64,000 bases of DNA from Verrucomicrobiia bacterium (GTDB lineage Bacteria > Verrucomicrobiota > Verrucomicrobiia > Limisphaerales > UBA1319): positions 1,632,001-1,696,000 of the forward strand of contig OY760937.1 in NCBI GenBank assembly GCA_963664225.1. The letters are read 5' to 3'. Positions 50,412 to 60,722 of the stretch are shown piece by piece. The first letter of the stretch is position 1. Each line of letters opens with the position of its first letter. Under the pieces are notes generated by a model. It was not told the DNA's origin and did not search any database. It saw nothing but the letters and a program-made list of their open reading frames with translations. The position numbers and the translations under genes are program-made.

Positions 50412-51818
50412 TCACAGCTTGACCACCCTGTAAAATTTCCTGGGTTGATTCCGGGTGGAATCGAAGACCGACATATTTGTTCCGGTGCCGGGAATTATGG
50501 CGCCAAGGTTTTGCCAGACAGCGGGTGCGGCCTCGGAGGACCATTGCACCTGGTATTGCGTGTTGGTCTCGGACAGCCAGCCAACTTCCACTGCGGTCCA
50601 AATCTGAACCGTCGCTGTGGCCACCGGAGCCGGAGGATCGCCCCAAAGCCGTGCGCTGTAGGTGCGGCCCACCGACGCAACATTGAAGAAATCGCCGCAG
50701 ATCACGATCTTTCCGTCGGCCTGCAAGGCGACACCGCGCACCTTGGAATCCGGTCCCACACCAGCGTCGAAGGTCGCATCCAGGAGGCCGTTGCCGTTGA
50801 GTCGGGCGATGTTATTGCGCTTGGAACCATTGACAGTGCCAAAGCGCCCGCCAATCAGAATCCGATTATCGGATTGAATGGCGATGCAATAGATGGATCC
50901 GGAGCTGTTGGCTGTGAATGTCGCATCCCGTGAGCCATCGGCGTTCAGACGCGCAATGTAGTTTTGCGTGGCTCCATTTACCTTGGAGAACGCCCCACCA
51001 ATCACCGCCTGGCCATTGCTTTGCAGGACAATCGCATACACATCATAATCGAGGCCGATCGTGAATCCCGAATCCACTGATCCGTCGTTGTTAAGCTGGA
51101 CCATGTATGGATGGCTCGCGTTGGACACATTCTTGAACTGGCCGCCCACGAGTATCTTCCCATCGGATCGAATCGCCAGCGCGTTGACGTAGTAATCAGC
51201 GGGCGCGCTGAAATTCGTATCCAGGGAGCCGTCCGCATTGAGCCGCGCCAGATAGTTCCGGGAAACGCCGTTCACAGTCGTAAAGGCGCCGCCGATGACG
51301 ATCTTGCCATCAGGTTGAACGCAAGCCGCGTAAACATCCCCATTGGCGCCCGAAAACTGACCGAAGGTTGGATCGATGCTTCCATCCGCATTCAGCCGGG
51401 CAACCCCGCGCCAGGCCGCCCCGTTGATGTTCCAAAAATCTCCCACCACGACAATCCGCCCGTCTTTCTGGACAACGAACGCCCGCACCAGGTCATCCGG
51501 CCCCGTGAGCACCGCAAAAGCAGGATCCACAGTTCCGTCGGGGTTGAGCCGCGTCATGTTGTTTTGAACGGTCCCATTGACCTTTGTGAAATCGCCCCCG
51601 AGTAGAATCTTCCCATCCGCCTGTATCGCAACCGCCGGCGCTCCCGTCACAAAACCCGTCAGAACCGGGTCGAAACTCACATCGAGCGTTCCCGGCGCAG
51701 GGTCGGCCTGGCACAGGACCAGGCTCACCAAAAGGGAAACGAATGCCTGCGTAAGAAACGGAAGGCCAAAGCCATATCGATACGACTTGCCTGTTGATTC
51801 GAGTTCTTTTGTGTTCAT
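50412..51818 (-). CDS. Secreted delta-60 repeat (DUF5122) beta-propeller protein
   Basis: Repeated A.Q.DGKI..GG.FT.VNG.....ARLN.DG..D..F; C-terminal RKFYRVV. Confidence 0.9.
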   Translation of the reverse strand: MNTKELESTGKSYRYGFGLPFLTQAFVSLLVSLVLCQADPAPGTLDVSFDPVLTGFVTGAPAVAIQADGKILLGGDFTKVNGTVQNNMTRLNPDGTVDPAFAVLTGPDDLVRAFVVQKDGRIVVVGDFWNINGAAWRGVARLNADGSIDPTFGQFSGANGDVYAACVQPDGKIVIGGAFTTVNGVSRNYLARLNADGSLDTNFSAPADYYVNALAIRSDGKILVGGQFKNVSNASHPYMVQLNNDGSVDSGFTIGLDYDVYAIVLQSNGQAVIGGAFSKVNGATQNYIARLNADGSRDATFTANSSGSIYCIAIQSDNRILIGGRFGTVNGSKRNNIARLNGNGLLDATFDAGVGPDSKVRGVALQADGKIVICGDFFNVASVGRTYSARLWGDPPAPVATATVQIWTAVEVGWLSETNTQYQVQWSSEAAPAVWQNLGAIIPGTGTNMSVFDSTRNQPRKFYRVVKL

Positions 51819-52190
51819 AAGTCCATTAATTATCGTTCATCCTGATAATTGTCAAAGGCTTCCACAGTCTTATCGGGATGACGTGATTCACCCCATCGCT
51901 GGAGCAGAAATGCAACGACCCTCATGCAGGTACTGATCACGATCCAGAGAGGACGAATGCAAACTGGATCATTTTATATTGAGATCACCAAATTTAGGCG
52001 CATGATGATATCAGATCACTTTGGCTAACGACCGCCCGCATTCCTTAATAAACTTGGCTGCGCTATGAAATCCACGGCATCAACAGGTTGCGCTGATGGC
52101 GGCATCGGCATGGGAGGCCACGCGCCATTTTCAAAAATAATTCAAAGGATTTCCCCGTCAGGCTGGTCAGATAGGTTAAAAGAAAGCCGC

Positions 52191-52751
52191 ATGGGCGACA
52201 CTGATGAGGAATTACAATGGGTGTTGCAAAGCCAGAAGGGTGATCCCGCGGCCTTTGAATCGCTGATACGCAAACATCAACGCATGGTTCATTCGCTGAC
52301 ATATCGGATGACAGGCTCTCTGGACGACGCCGAAGACCTGGCCCAGGAGACCTTTATTCGCGCTTACGCCCAAATCGGCTCCTACCGGGGCGCCGCGAAA
52401 TTTTCCACATGGTTGTATCGCATCGCGGTCAATGTTTGCCTGAACTGGCGTCAACGGGAGGCCAGACGGTCGGAGCTGAACACGGATTGGGCCAGGACCA
52501 ACGAACCGCAAACCTCGCAAATCAGCGGAAACGGTCAGGCCTCCAGCGCGCGCATTCAAGAGGCCCTGATGAAGCTGCCGGCCAAACAACGCGCGGCCAT
52601 TGTGCTGACAACCTACGACGGTCTCAATCACTCCGAGGCGGCAAAGGCCCTGGGTTGCTCGGAAACCACAGTCTCATGGCGCGTGTTCTCAGCGCGCAGA
52701 AAACTCAAACGCTGGCTCGAGCCGCGGGAGGATGCAAATGAAACGCTTTGA
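52191..52751 (+). CDS. ECF RNA polymerase sigma factor
   Basis: DAEDLAQETF, FSTWLYRIAVN, region 4 HSEAAKALGCSETTVSWRVFSAR. Confidence 0.93.
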   Translation: MGDTDEELQWVLQSQKGDPAAFESLIRKHQRMVHSLTYRMTGSLDDAEDLAQETFIRAYAQIGSYRGAAKFSTWLYRIAVNVCLNWRQREARRSELNTDWARTNEPQTSQISGNGQASSARIQEALMKLPAKQRAAIVLTTYDGLNHSEAAKALGCSETTVSWRVFSARRKLKRWLEPREDANETL

Positions 52752-53091
52752 CCTGGATAAGGAACTGAAATCCGCACAAATACCGGAGCGCGGGGAGGAT
52801 TACTGGGAGTATTTTCCACGTCGGGTCGCCTCTCAACTGCGGTCAACCGAAAGTCAACCGGTTGAACGCAAACTTAGGCTGCAGGTATTAGCTTGGGGCG
52901 TAGGCACTTCCGTTGCCTGTCTGGCCCTGATTCTGACCCTTGGATTCAGTTCCGCTCCGAAGTTGCTTGCTTATGCTGTTAATCATAATAAGCAAGAGAT
53001 TAGTACAACATTGAATCAATTTTCAGAACACGTGGAAAATCTCATGCAAAACGAGCACGGCATGGAATGGCTTCTGGCCGATCAACAATAA
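52738..53091 (+). CDS. Single-TM putative anti-sigma factor
   Basis: Overlaps the ECF gene; PERGEDYWEYFPRRV N-domain followed by one TM helix. Confidence 0.6.
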   Translation: MKRFDLDKELKSAQIPERGEDYWEYFPRRVASQLRSTESQPVERKLRLQVLAWGVGTSVACLALILTLGFSSAPKLLAYAVNHNKQEISTTLNQFSEHVENLMQNEHGMEWLLADQQ

Positions 53092-54206
53092 TGAATCCAC
53101 ACTCCATCAACGCCGATAAAGTTTCGCCTACCGGGAAGGCGCCTGAGGAATCTTCCGCGCCACAGATCCTGGAGCAGCTTATTCACCAGGCCGAACTCGC
53201 CGCCGCCAGTGATATCCACCTGCAGATGGAATCTGACGGCGCCCGCGTTTCTTTCCGGTTGGACGGCCTGATGACGCCCGCCACCACCTATGCGCCTGAC
53301 GTGGCCGAACGTGTATTTGGGCGGATCAAATTCCTGGCGCATTTAAAAACCTACCAGGAAACGATGCCGCAGGATGGGCGCATCGATAAACAGACCGTCA
53401 ATGCCAGCAGCGACATCCGCGTGGCGACATATCCTACGGTGACCGGCGAAAAAATCGTTTTGCGCCTTTTCAACCCGGGAGCGGCCAAGGGAATTCCTGA
53501 ATTGGGAATGCCGGACGAGGCTGCAGCCGAATTAAACCGATTTCTGCGGCAAACGGCGGGCATGCTTCTTCTTACCGGTCCGGCGGGCAGTGGCAAGACA
53601 ACCACGATTTACGCCTGTCTGCGCGGCCTGGCGGATTTGGGCGGACGGCACATCATCACCGTCGAGGATCCCGTCGAGCAAATCGTGCCCGGTGTAATGC
53701 AGACGGAGGTGAACGAGGAACGGGGCTTGGACTTTGCCAAGGCCGCCCGGCATTTGCTGCGCCAGGATCCCCAGGCGCTGGTCATCGGCGAAATCCGGGA
53801 TGAAGAAACCGCCGGAATTGCCGTACGTGCGGCGCTCACCGGCCATCTGGTCATCACCACCCTGCATGCGGGTTCCTGTCGCGGGGTATTGGAACGGCTT
53901 TTGGTCATGTGCCCCGACCGTTCCGCCATCGCCTCCGCAGTGGAGTTGATTTTGAACCAGCGCCTCATGCGCAAAGTTTGTCGTCATTGCGATGGAGCAG
54001 GCTGCGTCGCCTGCATGCGCACCGGTTATCAGGGCCGGGTCCCTCTGGTGGAATGGCTCCGGACGGACGACGGATTGCGCGGCAGAATCCGCGCCCACGA
54101 ACTCCAGAATGTAATACCGCAGCGCGCCTTGGAGGATTCGGCGCAAATGCTTTTGAAACAGGGTGTCACCAACGAATCAGAATACAAGCGGGTCTTTGGC
54201 TTATGA
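53091..54206 (+). CDS. GspE/PilB-family ATPase, short form lacking the N1 domain
   Basis: ASDIH, PQDGRI, GPAGSGKTTT, TVEDPVE, LRQDP...GEIRD, TGHLV.TTLH, CxxC/CxxC. Confidence 0.93.
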   Translation: MNPHSINADKVSPTGKAPEESSAPQILEQLIHQAELAAASDIHLQMESDGARVSFRLDGLMTPATTYAPDVAERVFGRIKFLAHLKTYQETMPQDGRIDKQTVNASSDIRVATYPTVTGEKIVLRLFNPGAAKGIPELGMPDEAAAELNRFLRQTAGMLLLTGPAGSGKTTTIYACLRGLADLGGRHIITVEDPVEQIVPGVMQTEVNEERGLDFAKAARHLLRQDPQALVIGEIRDEETAGIAVRAALTGHLVITTLHAGSCRGVLERLLVMCPDRSAIASAVELILNQRLMRKVCRHCDGAGCVACMRTGYQGRVPLVEWLRTDDGLRGRIRAHELQNVIPQRALEDSAQMLLKQGVTNESEYKRVFGL

Positions 54207-55195
54207 AAAACGATGAATTTGCATTTCTGAACCAGCAACTGGCCTCGATGCTTCGGGACGGCATTCCGCTCGAAGGGGCGTTGCAACGATTATCCGGCCA
54301 GATGGCGCATGGCGCACTGCGAACCGAACTGGAACTTTTGCAGGCGGACCTCGCCAAAGGCACCCCTCTGCGGGAGGCGGTTCGCGCGCGGCAATTGCCT
54401 GAGTTGTATCAGCAGATGCTCGAAATTGGCGCGCAAAGCAACGATCTGCCCGGAGTGCTGACACTGCTGGCCGACCACTATCAGCGCCGTTATGTCGTGT
54501 GGACGCGGCTCAAGGGGTTGATGGTTTATCCGCTCATCGTGCTCACATGTGCGTTTCTGCTCTCGTGCTTTTTGTGTTTTACATTTAACGGCCTGATTCG
54601 TGGCATGATCGGCACCAATGGAGATGGTTGGGTCATGTTGCCCACGAGTGTCCGGATTGGCGTGTGGGCTCCGCCGGTGTTCCTGGGTCTCGTCGTGGTG
54701 ATCGCCTTTCTGGCGGTGACAACCAAGGAGGCGCGCAGAGCATTGCGCTGGCGCGTGCCCGCGTTCAAGGAAGCCAGCCTGGGGCAGGTGGCCTCCGCCA
54801 TGGCACTGATGCTCAGAAGCGGTGTCTCGCTGGACAAGGCGCTGGCCTTGATGGTGACCATGGAAAAAGGGACTCCTGCCGCGCCAGAATTGGAGGGTTG
54901 GCGCAATAAACTGGCGGATGGTAGAGGCAAGTTTGCGGAAATGGCCACGGGCGGCAGATGTTTTCCACCGCTCTTTGTCTGGCTGGTGTCCCAGTCGGGC
55001 GAGAATCTGGGCGCCGGTTTCGAGAGGGCGGCGGACGTGTTTAACGCCCGCGCCAATTATCACGGGGATGTGCTGCTCTACTCGGCCCTGCCCTGTTCCA
55101 TCCTGGCGCTGGGCATGATCATCATTGTTCAGATGCAGCCCACCATTTCCGCGCTGGCCTCCTTCATGAACGCCCTTGGCAGCGTGGGGAATTAG
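54203..55195 (+). CDS. GspF/PilC-family platform protein 1
   Basis: QLASMLRDGIPL..AL, MVYP, LMLRSGVSL..AL; ATGA overlap with the ATPase. Confidence 0.85.
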   Translation: MKNDEFAFLNQQLASMLRDGIPLEGALQRLSGQMAHGALRTELELLQADLAKGTPLREAVRARQLPELYQQMLEIGAQSNDLPGVLTLLADHYQRRYVVWTRLKGLMVYPLIVLTCAFLLSCFLCFTFNGLIRGMIGTNGDGWVMLPTSVRIGVWAPPVFLGLVVVIAFLAVTTKEARRALRWRVPAFKEASLGQVASAMALMLRSGVSLDKALALMVTMEKGTPAAPELEGWRNKLADGRGKFAEMATGGRCFPPLFVWLVSQSGENLGAGFERAADVFNARANYHGDVLLYSALPCSILALGMIIIVQMQPTISALASFMNALGSVGN

Positions 55196-55203
55196 GAGCG
55201 ATT

Positions 55204-56367
55204 ATGGATACACTATTACAGGGAATGCCGGATTCGATCGAGTTCCTCAGAGTCGTGGCGGTGGTCTCCATAATCGGGCTTGTCATTTTCGGCACGATCG
55301 CCGGTCTGTATCTCATGCATATCGTGCTGTCATTGCCATTACGACGGGCCGAACGGGCGCGGTTTTTTCTCGATCTGGTGGAAACCGCCGTCAAAAAGGG
55401 CCAGTCAATCGAGGAAACCATCGTCTCATTATCGAATAACCACGACCTATCCATGGGCGTGCGTTTTCATCTGCTGGCCGCATGGATTGAACAAGGACTG
55501 AGCCTATCCGACGCCCTGGCCAAAGTACCGGGGTTCCTGCCATCGCAGATCATGGCCATGTTGATCACCGGTCAGAAAACGGTTGGCCTTTTGAAAGTGC
55601 TGCCCGCCTGCCGCCAGATGCTCAAAGACGCCATCTCCAAGACGCATAGCGCCCTGAATTATCTGGTAATCCTCACTCTGGTCATTACTCCGGCAGGAGT
55701 CTTCATTTATAATGTTCTCGCGGTTTTCGTTCTGCCGAAGCTCAACGAAATCACCATGGATATGGTTGCCTCTCGTTCTCCAGGGCTGGTCTTTCTTTCA
55801 GACCACTACGTGCTTCTGATGATGGCGCAAGTGACGATGCTGTTGGCAGTCTGGCTGGGCACGCTCCTATTCATTGGAGGTCCGCGGATGGCCGCCTGGT
55901 TTCCGATGACCGAGAATGTGGATTACTGGATCCCCTGGAAGCGTAAACGGATGGAACGGGATTTCTCCACAATTCTCGCCATCCTGCTCGACTCGGGAGT
56001 CAATGAATCCGAGGCGCTCACCCTGGCGGCGGATTGCACTAGCAACCGGATCATGCGCCAACGCGCCGCTCACGCCGTGAAAGGCCTGGGTTTGGGGAAG
56101 ACGCTCCCGGAGGCGATTCGCGAGATGGATGATTCGGGAGAATTCAGTTGGCGTCTGAGTAACGCCGCCCACGGACACGGCGGATTTGGCCGGGCGCTGG
56201 CTGGCTGGCATGAATCGCTCGCCGCCAGGGCCTTTCAACAGGAACAAGCGGCCGCCCATGGCATTACCACTGCGATGGTGTTTTGGAACGGGCTCTTCGT
56301 GGGCACGATTGTCGTCTCAGTTTTTATGACGCTGATCTCAATCCTCAATGGGGCAATTTTATGGTGA
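55204..56367 (+). CDS. GspF/PilC-family platform protein 2 (extra N-terminal TM)
   Basis: GLSLSDAL, FSTILAILLDSGV...AL, G.TLPEAI; two T2SSF-like halves. Confidence 0.8.
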   Translation: MDTLLQGMPDSIEFLRVVAVVSIIGLVIFGTIAGLYLMHIVLSLPLRRAERARFFLDLVETAVKKGQSIEETIVSLSNNHDLSMGVRFHLLAAWIEQGLSLSDALAKVPGFLPSQIMAMLITGQKTVGLLKVLPACRQMLKDAISKTHSALNYLVILTLVITPAGVFIYNVLAVFVLPKLNEITMDMVASRSPGLVFLSDHYVLLMMAQVTMLLAVWLGTLLFIGGPRMAAWFPMTENVDYWIPWKRKRMERDFSTILAILLDSGVNESEALTLAADCTSNRIMRQRAAHAVKGLGLGKTLPEAIREMDDSGEFSWRLSNAAHGHGGFGRALAGWHESLAARAFQQEQAAAHGITTAMVFWNGLFVGTIVVSVFMTLISILNGAILW

Positions 56368-56738
56368 TAAAAATCCGGCATCGCAGCAAAGAAAGCGGGA
56401 CCTTGATGACTGAAATTGTGGTCGCCATGGCCATTATCCTTGTCGCCATGCTTCCCATGGGAGACTCGGTCGTAAACGAGACCCGACTTTTCCGTGCGAC
56501 TTATCAGCGCGCCATTGCCATGGAGATTGTGGATGGCGAAATGGAAATCCTGGCCGCCGGTGAATGGCAGGCTTATCCCGAGGGCGCACAGGATTACAAG
56601 GTTCAGGCGGCGGCGGCCGTCAATCTCCCACCGGGCCAGTTTCAATTCACCCGCCAGACAAACCATTTGCGCCTGGAATGGGCGCCCACAAAGAACCACG
56701 CTATCAGCGCGGTGATTCGGGAGGTGACGTTAAAATGA
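56361..56738 (+). CDS. Minor (pseudo)pilin, GspI/PilV-like
   Basis: Class III signal SKESG|TLMTE followed by a hydrophobic helix. Confidence 0.7.
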   Translation: MVIKIRHRSKESGTLMTEIVVAMAIILVAMLPMGDSVVNETRLFRATYQRAIAMEIVDGEMEILAAGEWQAYPEGAQDYKVQAAAAVNLPPGQFQFTRQTNHLRLEWAPTKNHAISAVIREVTLK

Positions 56739-57244
56739 AAATTCATGCCTCAAACCAAGTCGCGCGCCTGCGCGGTATTTCGATGGTGGAATGCCTGGTG
56801 TATATCGGCATGTTCCTGGCCATTACAGGTGTCGCTTTCTCTGTGTTTTACAAGGTCTGGGACAACAGTAAACATCTCCGCCGTAATGCAGACGATATTG
56901 TTCAGGCGCTCCATGCCGGCGAACTTTGGCGCTCGGATATTCGCTCCGCCACCGGTCCGCTGGAAAGCACCGAGGCGGAGGCTGCCGCCAATCTCCGCAT
57001 TCCCACAACGAATGGGCCGGTCGTTTACACATTCGCCAGTGGCGAACTTCACCGCCAGGGTGCCGGTGACGCCTCCGAAAAGGTCTTGCTCGCTCATGTC
57101 AAATCTTCGCGGATGCTATCCGATGCACGACGCCACGTTACAGCGTGGCGTTGGGAACTGGAGCTCCAGCCGGTTCAAAAAAATCCAAAGGTGCTTCCCT
57201 TGTTCACGTTTGAAAGCGTTCCAGGTTCAACCATAAGCCGATGA
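56735..57244 (+). CDS. Minor (pseudo)pilin, GspJ/PilW-like
   Basis: Class III signal RLRG|ISMVE followed by a hydrophobic helix. Confidence 0.75.
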   Translation: MKIHASNQVARLRGISMVECLVYIGMFLAITGVAFSVFYKVWDNSKHLRRNADDIVQALHAGELWRSDIRSATGPLESTEAEAAANLRIPTTNGPVVYTFASGELHRQGAGDASEKVLLAHVKSSRMLSDARRHVTAWRWELELQPVQKNPKVLPLFTFESVPGSTISR

Positions 57245-57477
57245 AAACTTCACTCCATCACCAACGTCGGTCCCGGCCTTCGCAACGCGGTTCGGCCGTG
57301 GTTGTCGTCTTTGCCCTGCTGGTCATCATGATGATGCTGGCCGCGATCAACACCGTCACCCTGAACTGGTTAAAGTCCGAAGTGCGTCTGGTTGATAAAC
57401 GACAGACCACGCGATTGACATTCTCGCATGCCAATCCTTCCACCGCCACGACCACCAATACCCCTACCGCCAAATGA
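57241..57477 (+). CDS. Very short GspK/PilX-like pilin (no Glu5)
   Basis: SQRG|SAVVVVFALL; 78 aa. Confidence 0.65.
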   Translation: MKTSLHHQRRSRPSQRGSAVVVVFALLVIMMMLAAINTVTLNWLKSEVRLVDKRQTTRLTFSHANPSTATTTNTPTAK

Positions 57478-57746
57478 AAAACGCTTCACCGATGGGGAAA
57501 ATCGAGATGATCCAGCGCTCACAGCGCTGTTTCGTTTATGGTCTCTTTGGGCTTCTGCCCTTGATTGGCATTCCGATGGTGATCCTCGCAACCATCGAGA
57601 ATTACCGTGTCATGAAAGGTTGGCGTGACCAGTGGAATCCCGCCAGGCGCTATTTATTCTGGGGCATGGTTTGTGCCCGCGTGGGTTTCTTCATGCTGGT
57701 CGGTGTCTTCCTGGCCCTTGTTTATGCGGTGATCAGTGCGCAGTGA
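57474..57746 (+). CDS. Small two-TM protein (DUF4190-like)
   Basis: CFVYGLFGLLPLIGIP...RRYLFWGMVCA; ATGA overlap with the previous gene. Confidence 0.55.
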   Translation: MKNASPMGKIEMIQRSQRCFVYGLFGLLPLIGIPMVILATIENYRVMKGWRDQWNPARRYLFWGMVCARVGFFMLVGVFLALVYAVISAQ

Positions 57747-58528
57747 TTACGGCCTGTCATGACTCTCCGCTTGCGCAAAGTCAGCGCGGTTTGACTCTTA
57801 TAGAGTTACTTGCGGTTATTTCCATCCTGGCATTGGTGGCATGTCTCCTATTTCCAGCACTTTCCAAAGCGAGAAAGAGCGCGCAGCGCACAGTGTGCCT
57901 AAGCAACCTCAAACAGATTAATTTTGCCATTCAGCTTTATTCCAACGATGCAAACGATACCGCCCCGACACCCGAAGGCATTACCGCCAACAGAATGCTC
58001 ACCCTTGTGGGCTATAAAGCCCTTGTGCGTGACTACGTTGGCGGGAACAGCGGAAAATCCAGGATATTTGCATGCCCAGCCGATTCATTTTTCTTTGGCT
58101 TAAGCAACGGCTTCACCGTTGTTCGATTGGAACCATTGCATGAGCAATCGGCCATGGATTATGCAAGTTACGGGTTCAACGGAGTCAATTTGGATACCAA
58201 TCTGGTGAATCGGGCCTGGAAAAAGCTCGGCCTGGATTTCAGCCGGTTCGGTGTGGCAGGCAGAAAAATAACGTCAATAAAGAACCCATCGAGAACATTA
58301 TTGGCCGCTGAAATGTCGGCATTCAAACCTTTCTCGTGGCACGCGCCGAAATTGCCTCTCATTGAACATTCTCAATACTGTGACTCCATGAACACCGTGA
58401 CATTTGTGGATGGGCATGCTGGTTATATCAAAATATTCTGGACCAATTCCATTTTTAAGGGAGTGCAGTTTGAAGCATCACTTCTGGATCCGCCGCCAGG
58501 ATATGAATATCAGTGGAGCGTGGATTAA
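57743..58528 (+). CDS. Prepilin-type cleavage/methylation protein with C-terminal FVDGH motif
   Basis: QRG|LTLIELLAVI...PALSKAR...CLSNLKQI; NTVTFVDGH; GTGA overlap. Confidence 0.85.
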   Translation: MITACHDSPLAQSQRGLTLIELLAVISILALVACLLFPALSKARKSAQRTVCLSNLKQINFAIQLYSNDANDTAPTPEGITANRMLTLVGYKALVRDYVGGNSGKSRIFACPADSFFFGLSNGFTVVRLEPLHEQSAMDYASYGFNGVNLDTNLVNRAWKKLGLDFSRFGVAGRKITSIKNPSRTLLAAEMSAFKPFSWHAPKLPLIEHSQYCDSMNTVTFVDGHAGYIKIFWTNSIFKGVQFEASLLDPPPGYEYQWSVD

Positions 58529-58736
58529 AATTCGCCTTTAGTCTCGTCACCGGCCTAAATGGTCAGGTTAATACGCAGAGTGCAAATCCCCGCTTGCCCG
58601 GGCCTCGCCATTCCATATATCGTTACCGCATCCGAGCCCGATAAACCTGACGCCAACCATTGCATGCCATGGATCGCATGACTCATGGACAGACGCGGGT
58701 GGGCGAGGCTAAAACTCAACCGGTGGGACGAACTGA

Positions 58737-59456
58737 ATGGCAACACTTGTTTTTGACATCGAAACCACGGCGATGCCGTGGGAAACCTTCGACGAGGCAC
58801 AGCAGGAATACCTGATGCGCGATGCCGAAAAACTCGCAGACCCCACCGAAAAAGAAAAACGCAGGACCGAACTGCGACTGCAATGCAACCTCTGGCCATT
58901 CACTGCACAGGTCGTTTGCATTGCCATGCTCAATGTCGAAACCGCCCGCGGACAGGTTCTCTTCGTCTCGGAGGACTACGAAGCGGATGCGGATGACGTC
59001 GGCCCTGTGGAGTTTGTCCCTTTTGCGGACGAGACCGAATTGTTGACGGCATTCTGGGATGTCTCCAAACACTACGACCAGATTGCGACCTTCAATGGCC
59101 GGGGATTCGATGTTCCCTTTATTTATTTGCGTTCGGCCCTGCTCAACGTGCCTATTTCGCGGAAGGACTGGCTGGGCTATCGCTATCAAATCGATCCACA
59201 CTGCGACCTGGCCGAACAACTGACTTTCTATGGCGTGAGCGGACGCGACGGCGCGGCGCGGCGCTTCAATCTTGACTTTTATTGCAAGGCCTTCGGCATT
59301 GAATCCCCCAAGAGCTATGGGGTCACCGGGATGGACGTCAACGACCTGGTGGCTGCCAAGAAATACCGCGAAATCGCGGAATATTGCCTGCGCGACGTGC
59401 ACGCCACAGTTCATCTCTACCGCATTTGGAAGGAACGACTTGCCGGCATCAAGTAA
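58737..59456 (+). CDS. PolB-type 3'-5' exonuclease (RNase H-like, DEDD)
   Basis: FDIET, TFNGRGFD.P, HCDL, EYCLRDV. Confidence 0.88.
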   Translation: MATLVFDIETTAMPWETFDEAQQEYLMRDAEKLADPTEKEKRRTELRLQCNLWPFTAQVVCIAMLNVETARGQVLFVSEDYEADADDVGPVEFVPFADETELLTAFWDVSKHYDQIATFNGRGFDVPFIYLRSALLNVPISRKDWLGYRYQIDPHCDLAEQLTFYGVSGRDGAARRFNLDFYCKAFGIESPKSYGVTGMDVNDLVAAKKYREIAEYCLRDVHATVHLYRIWKERLAGIK

Positions 59457-59523
59457 TGAGGCAAGGCGGCTGAATCGGAATTTTGGGTTGAACCCGGCCT
59501 GAATTCGTTAATCATCAGCCCCA

Positions 59524-60663
59524 ATGAATTGGTTTTATCGCCACCTGATCCGTCCGGTCCTTTTTGCGCAGGATCCCGAGCATATTCACGCGTTCACCAT
59601 GCATATGCTTGGTCTGGGCAGCCGCTACAGCCTGACCATCAACGCCACGGAATCCTTCTTTGGCGCCCCTGAACTGCCCATCACCGTCTTTGGTCTGCGC
59701 TTTCCCAATCCCGTGGGCCTGGCCGCCGGAATGGATAAAACCGGCGAAGCCGTCCCCATCTGGCCCGCGATGGGCTTCGGCCATAGCGAACTGGGCGCCA
59801 TCACGTTTCAGCCCCAGCCCGGCAATCCTGCCCCGCGCATTTTTCGCATCATTCCTGACGAAGCCATCATCAACCGCATGGGCTTCAACAACGAAGGGGC
59901 GCAGGCCATGGCCGCGCGGTTGGCCCATTGGCGCTCGGCTGGTTTGTGGCCCAAGCATCCTGTGGGAATCAATCTCGGTAAAAACAAAGTCACGCCGCTC
60001 GAAAAAGCCCCGCAGGACTATGCCAACGTCCTACGCATTCTCTGGCCGCATGCCGACTTTTTCGTGGTCAATGTCAGTTCCCCCAATACCCCCAATTTGC
60101 GCCAGTTGCAGGATAAAGCCGCCCTGGCGGAGATTCTGTCTGCTCTCGCGGAAACACAGAGCGATCTTCTCAAAAATGCGGCAAATCAAAATCCGCCCCT
60201 TCAACCCAAACCCATCCTGGTCAAGGTCGCCCCTGATCTGACCTTCGAAGCTCTGGACGAAATCCTCGCTCTGGCGCAAACGCATCACGTTGCTGGCATC
60301 GTGGCTACCAATACCACCATCACGCGCCCCCCCACGCCGGACGCGGAACACGCCACGCTTTACGCGGAAACCGGTGGCTTGAGCGGCAAACCGTTGCGCG
60401 CCCGCAGCACGGAAATCGTTCGCCACCTTTACAAACAAAGCCAGGGCCGGATGCCGATCATTGGCGTCGGTGGCATATTCACCGCCGAGGATGCCTGGGA
60501 GAAAATCGCCGCAGGAGCCTCGCTGGTTCAAATCTATACGGGCATGGTGTATGAAGGACCGGCCGCCGCACGGCTGATTGTGACCGGCCTCCAGGAAATA
60601 CTGGGCGCTCACGGATTCAAGGATATTGCCCAGGCGGTCGGCTGCGAAAACCCGCTGCGGTGA
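59524..60663 (+). CDS. pyrD: Dihydroorotate dehydrogenase (quinone), class 2
   Basis: GLAAGMDK, NRMGFNN, NVSSPNTP, VKVAPD, TNTT, GGLSG. Confidence 0.96.
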   Translation: MNWFYRHLIRPVLFAQDPEHIHAFTMHMLGLGSRYSLTINATESFFGAPELPITVFGLRFPNPVGLAAGMDKTGEAVPIWPAMGFGHSELGAITFQPQPGNPAPRIFRIIPDEAIINRMGFNNEGAQAMAARLAHWRSAGLWPKHPVGINLGKNKVTPLEKAPQDYANVLRILWPHADFFVVNVSSPNTPNLRQLQDKAALAEILSALAETQSDLLKNAANQNPPLQPKPILVKVAPDLTFEALDEILALAQTHHVAGIVATNTTITRPPTPDAEHATLYAETGGLSGKPLRARSTEIVRHLYKQSQGRMPIIGVGGIFTAEDAWEKIAAGASLVQIYTGMVYEGPAAARLIVTGLQEILGAHGFKDIAQAVGCENPLR

Positions 60664-60722
60664 TTTGACTGGTGGTTGTCGCGCGTCATGAAATCCATTT
60701 TGCAGAGTTACCCGTCTTATCC

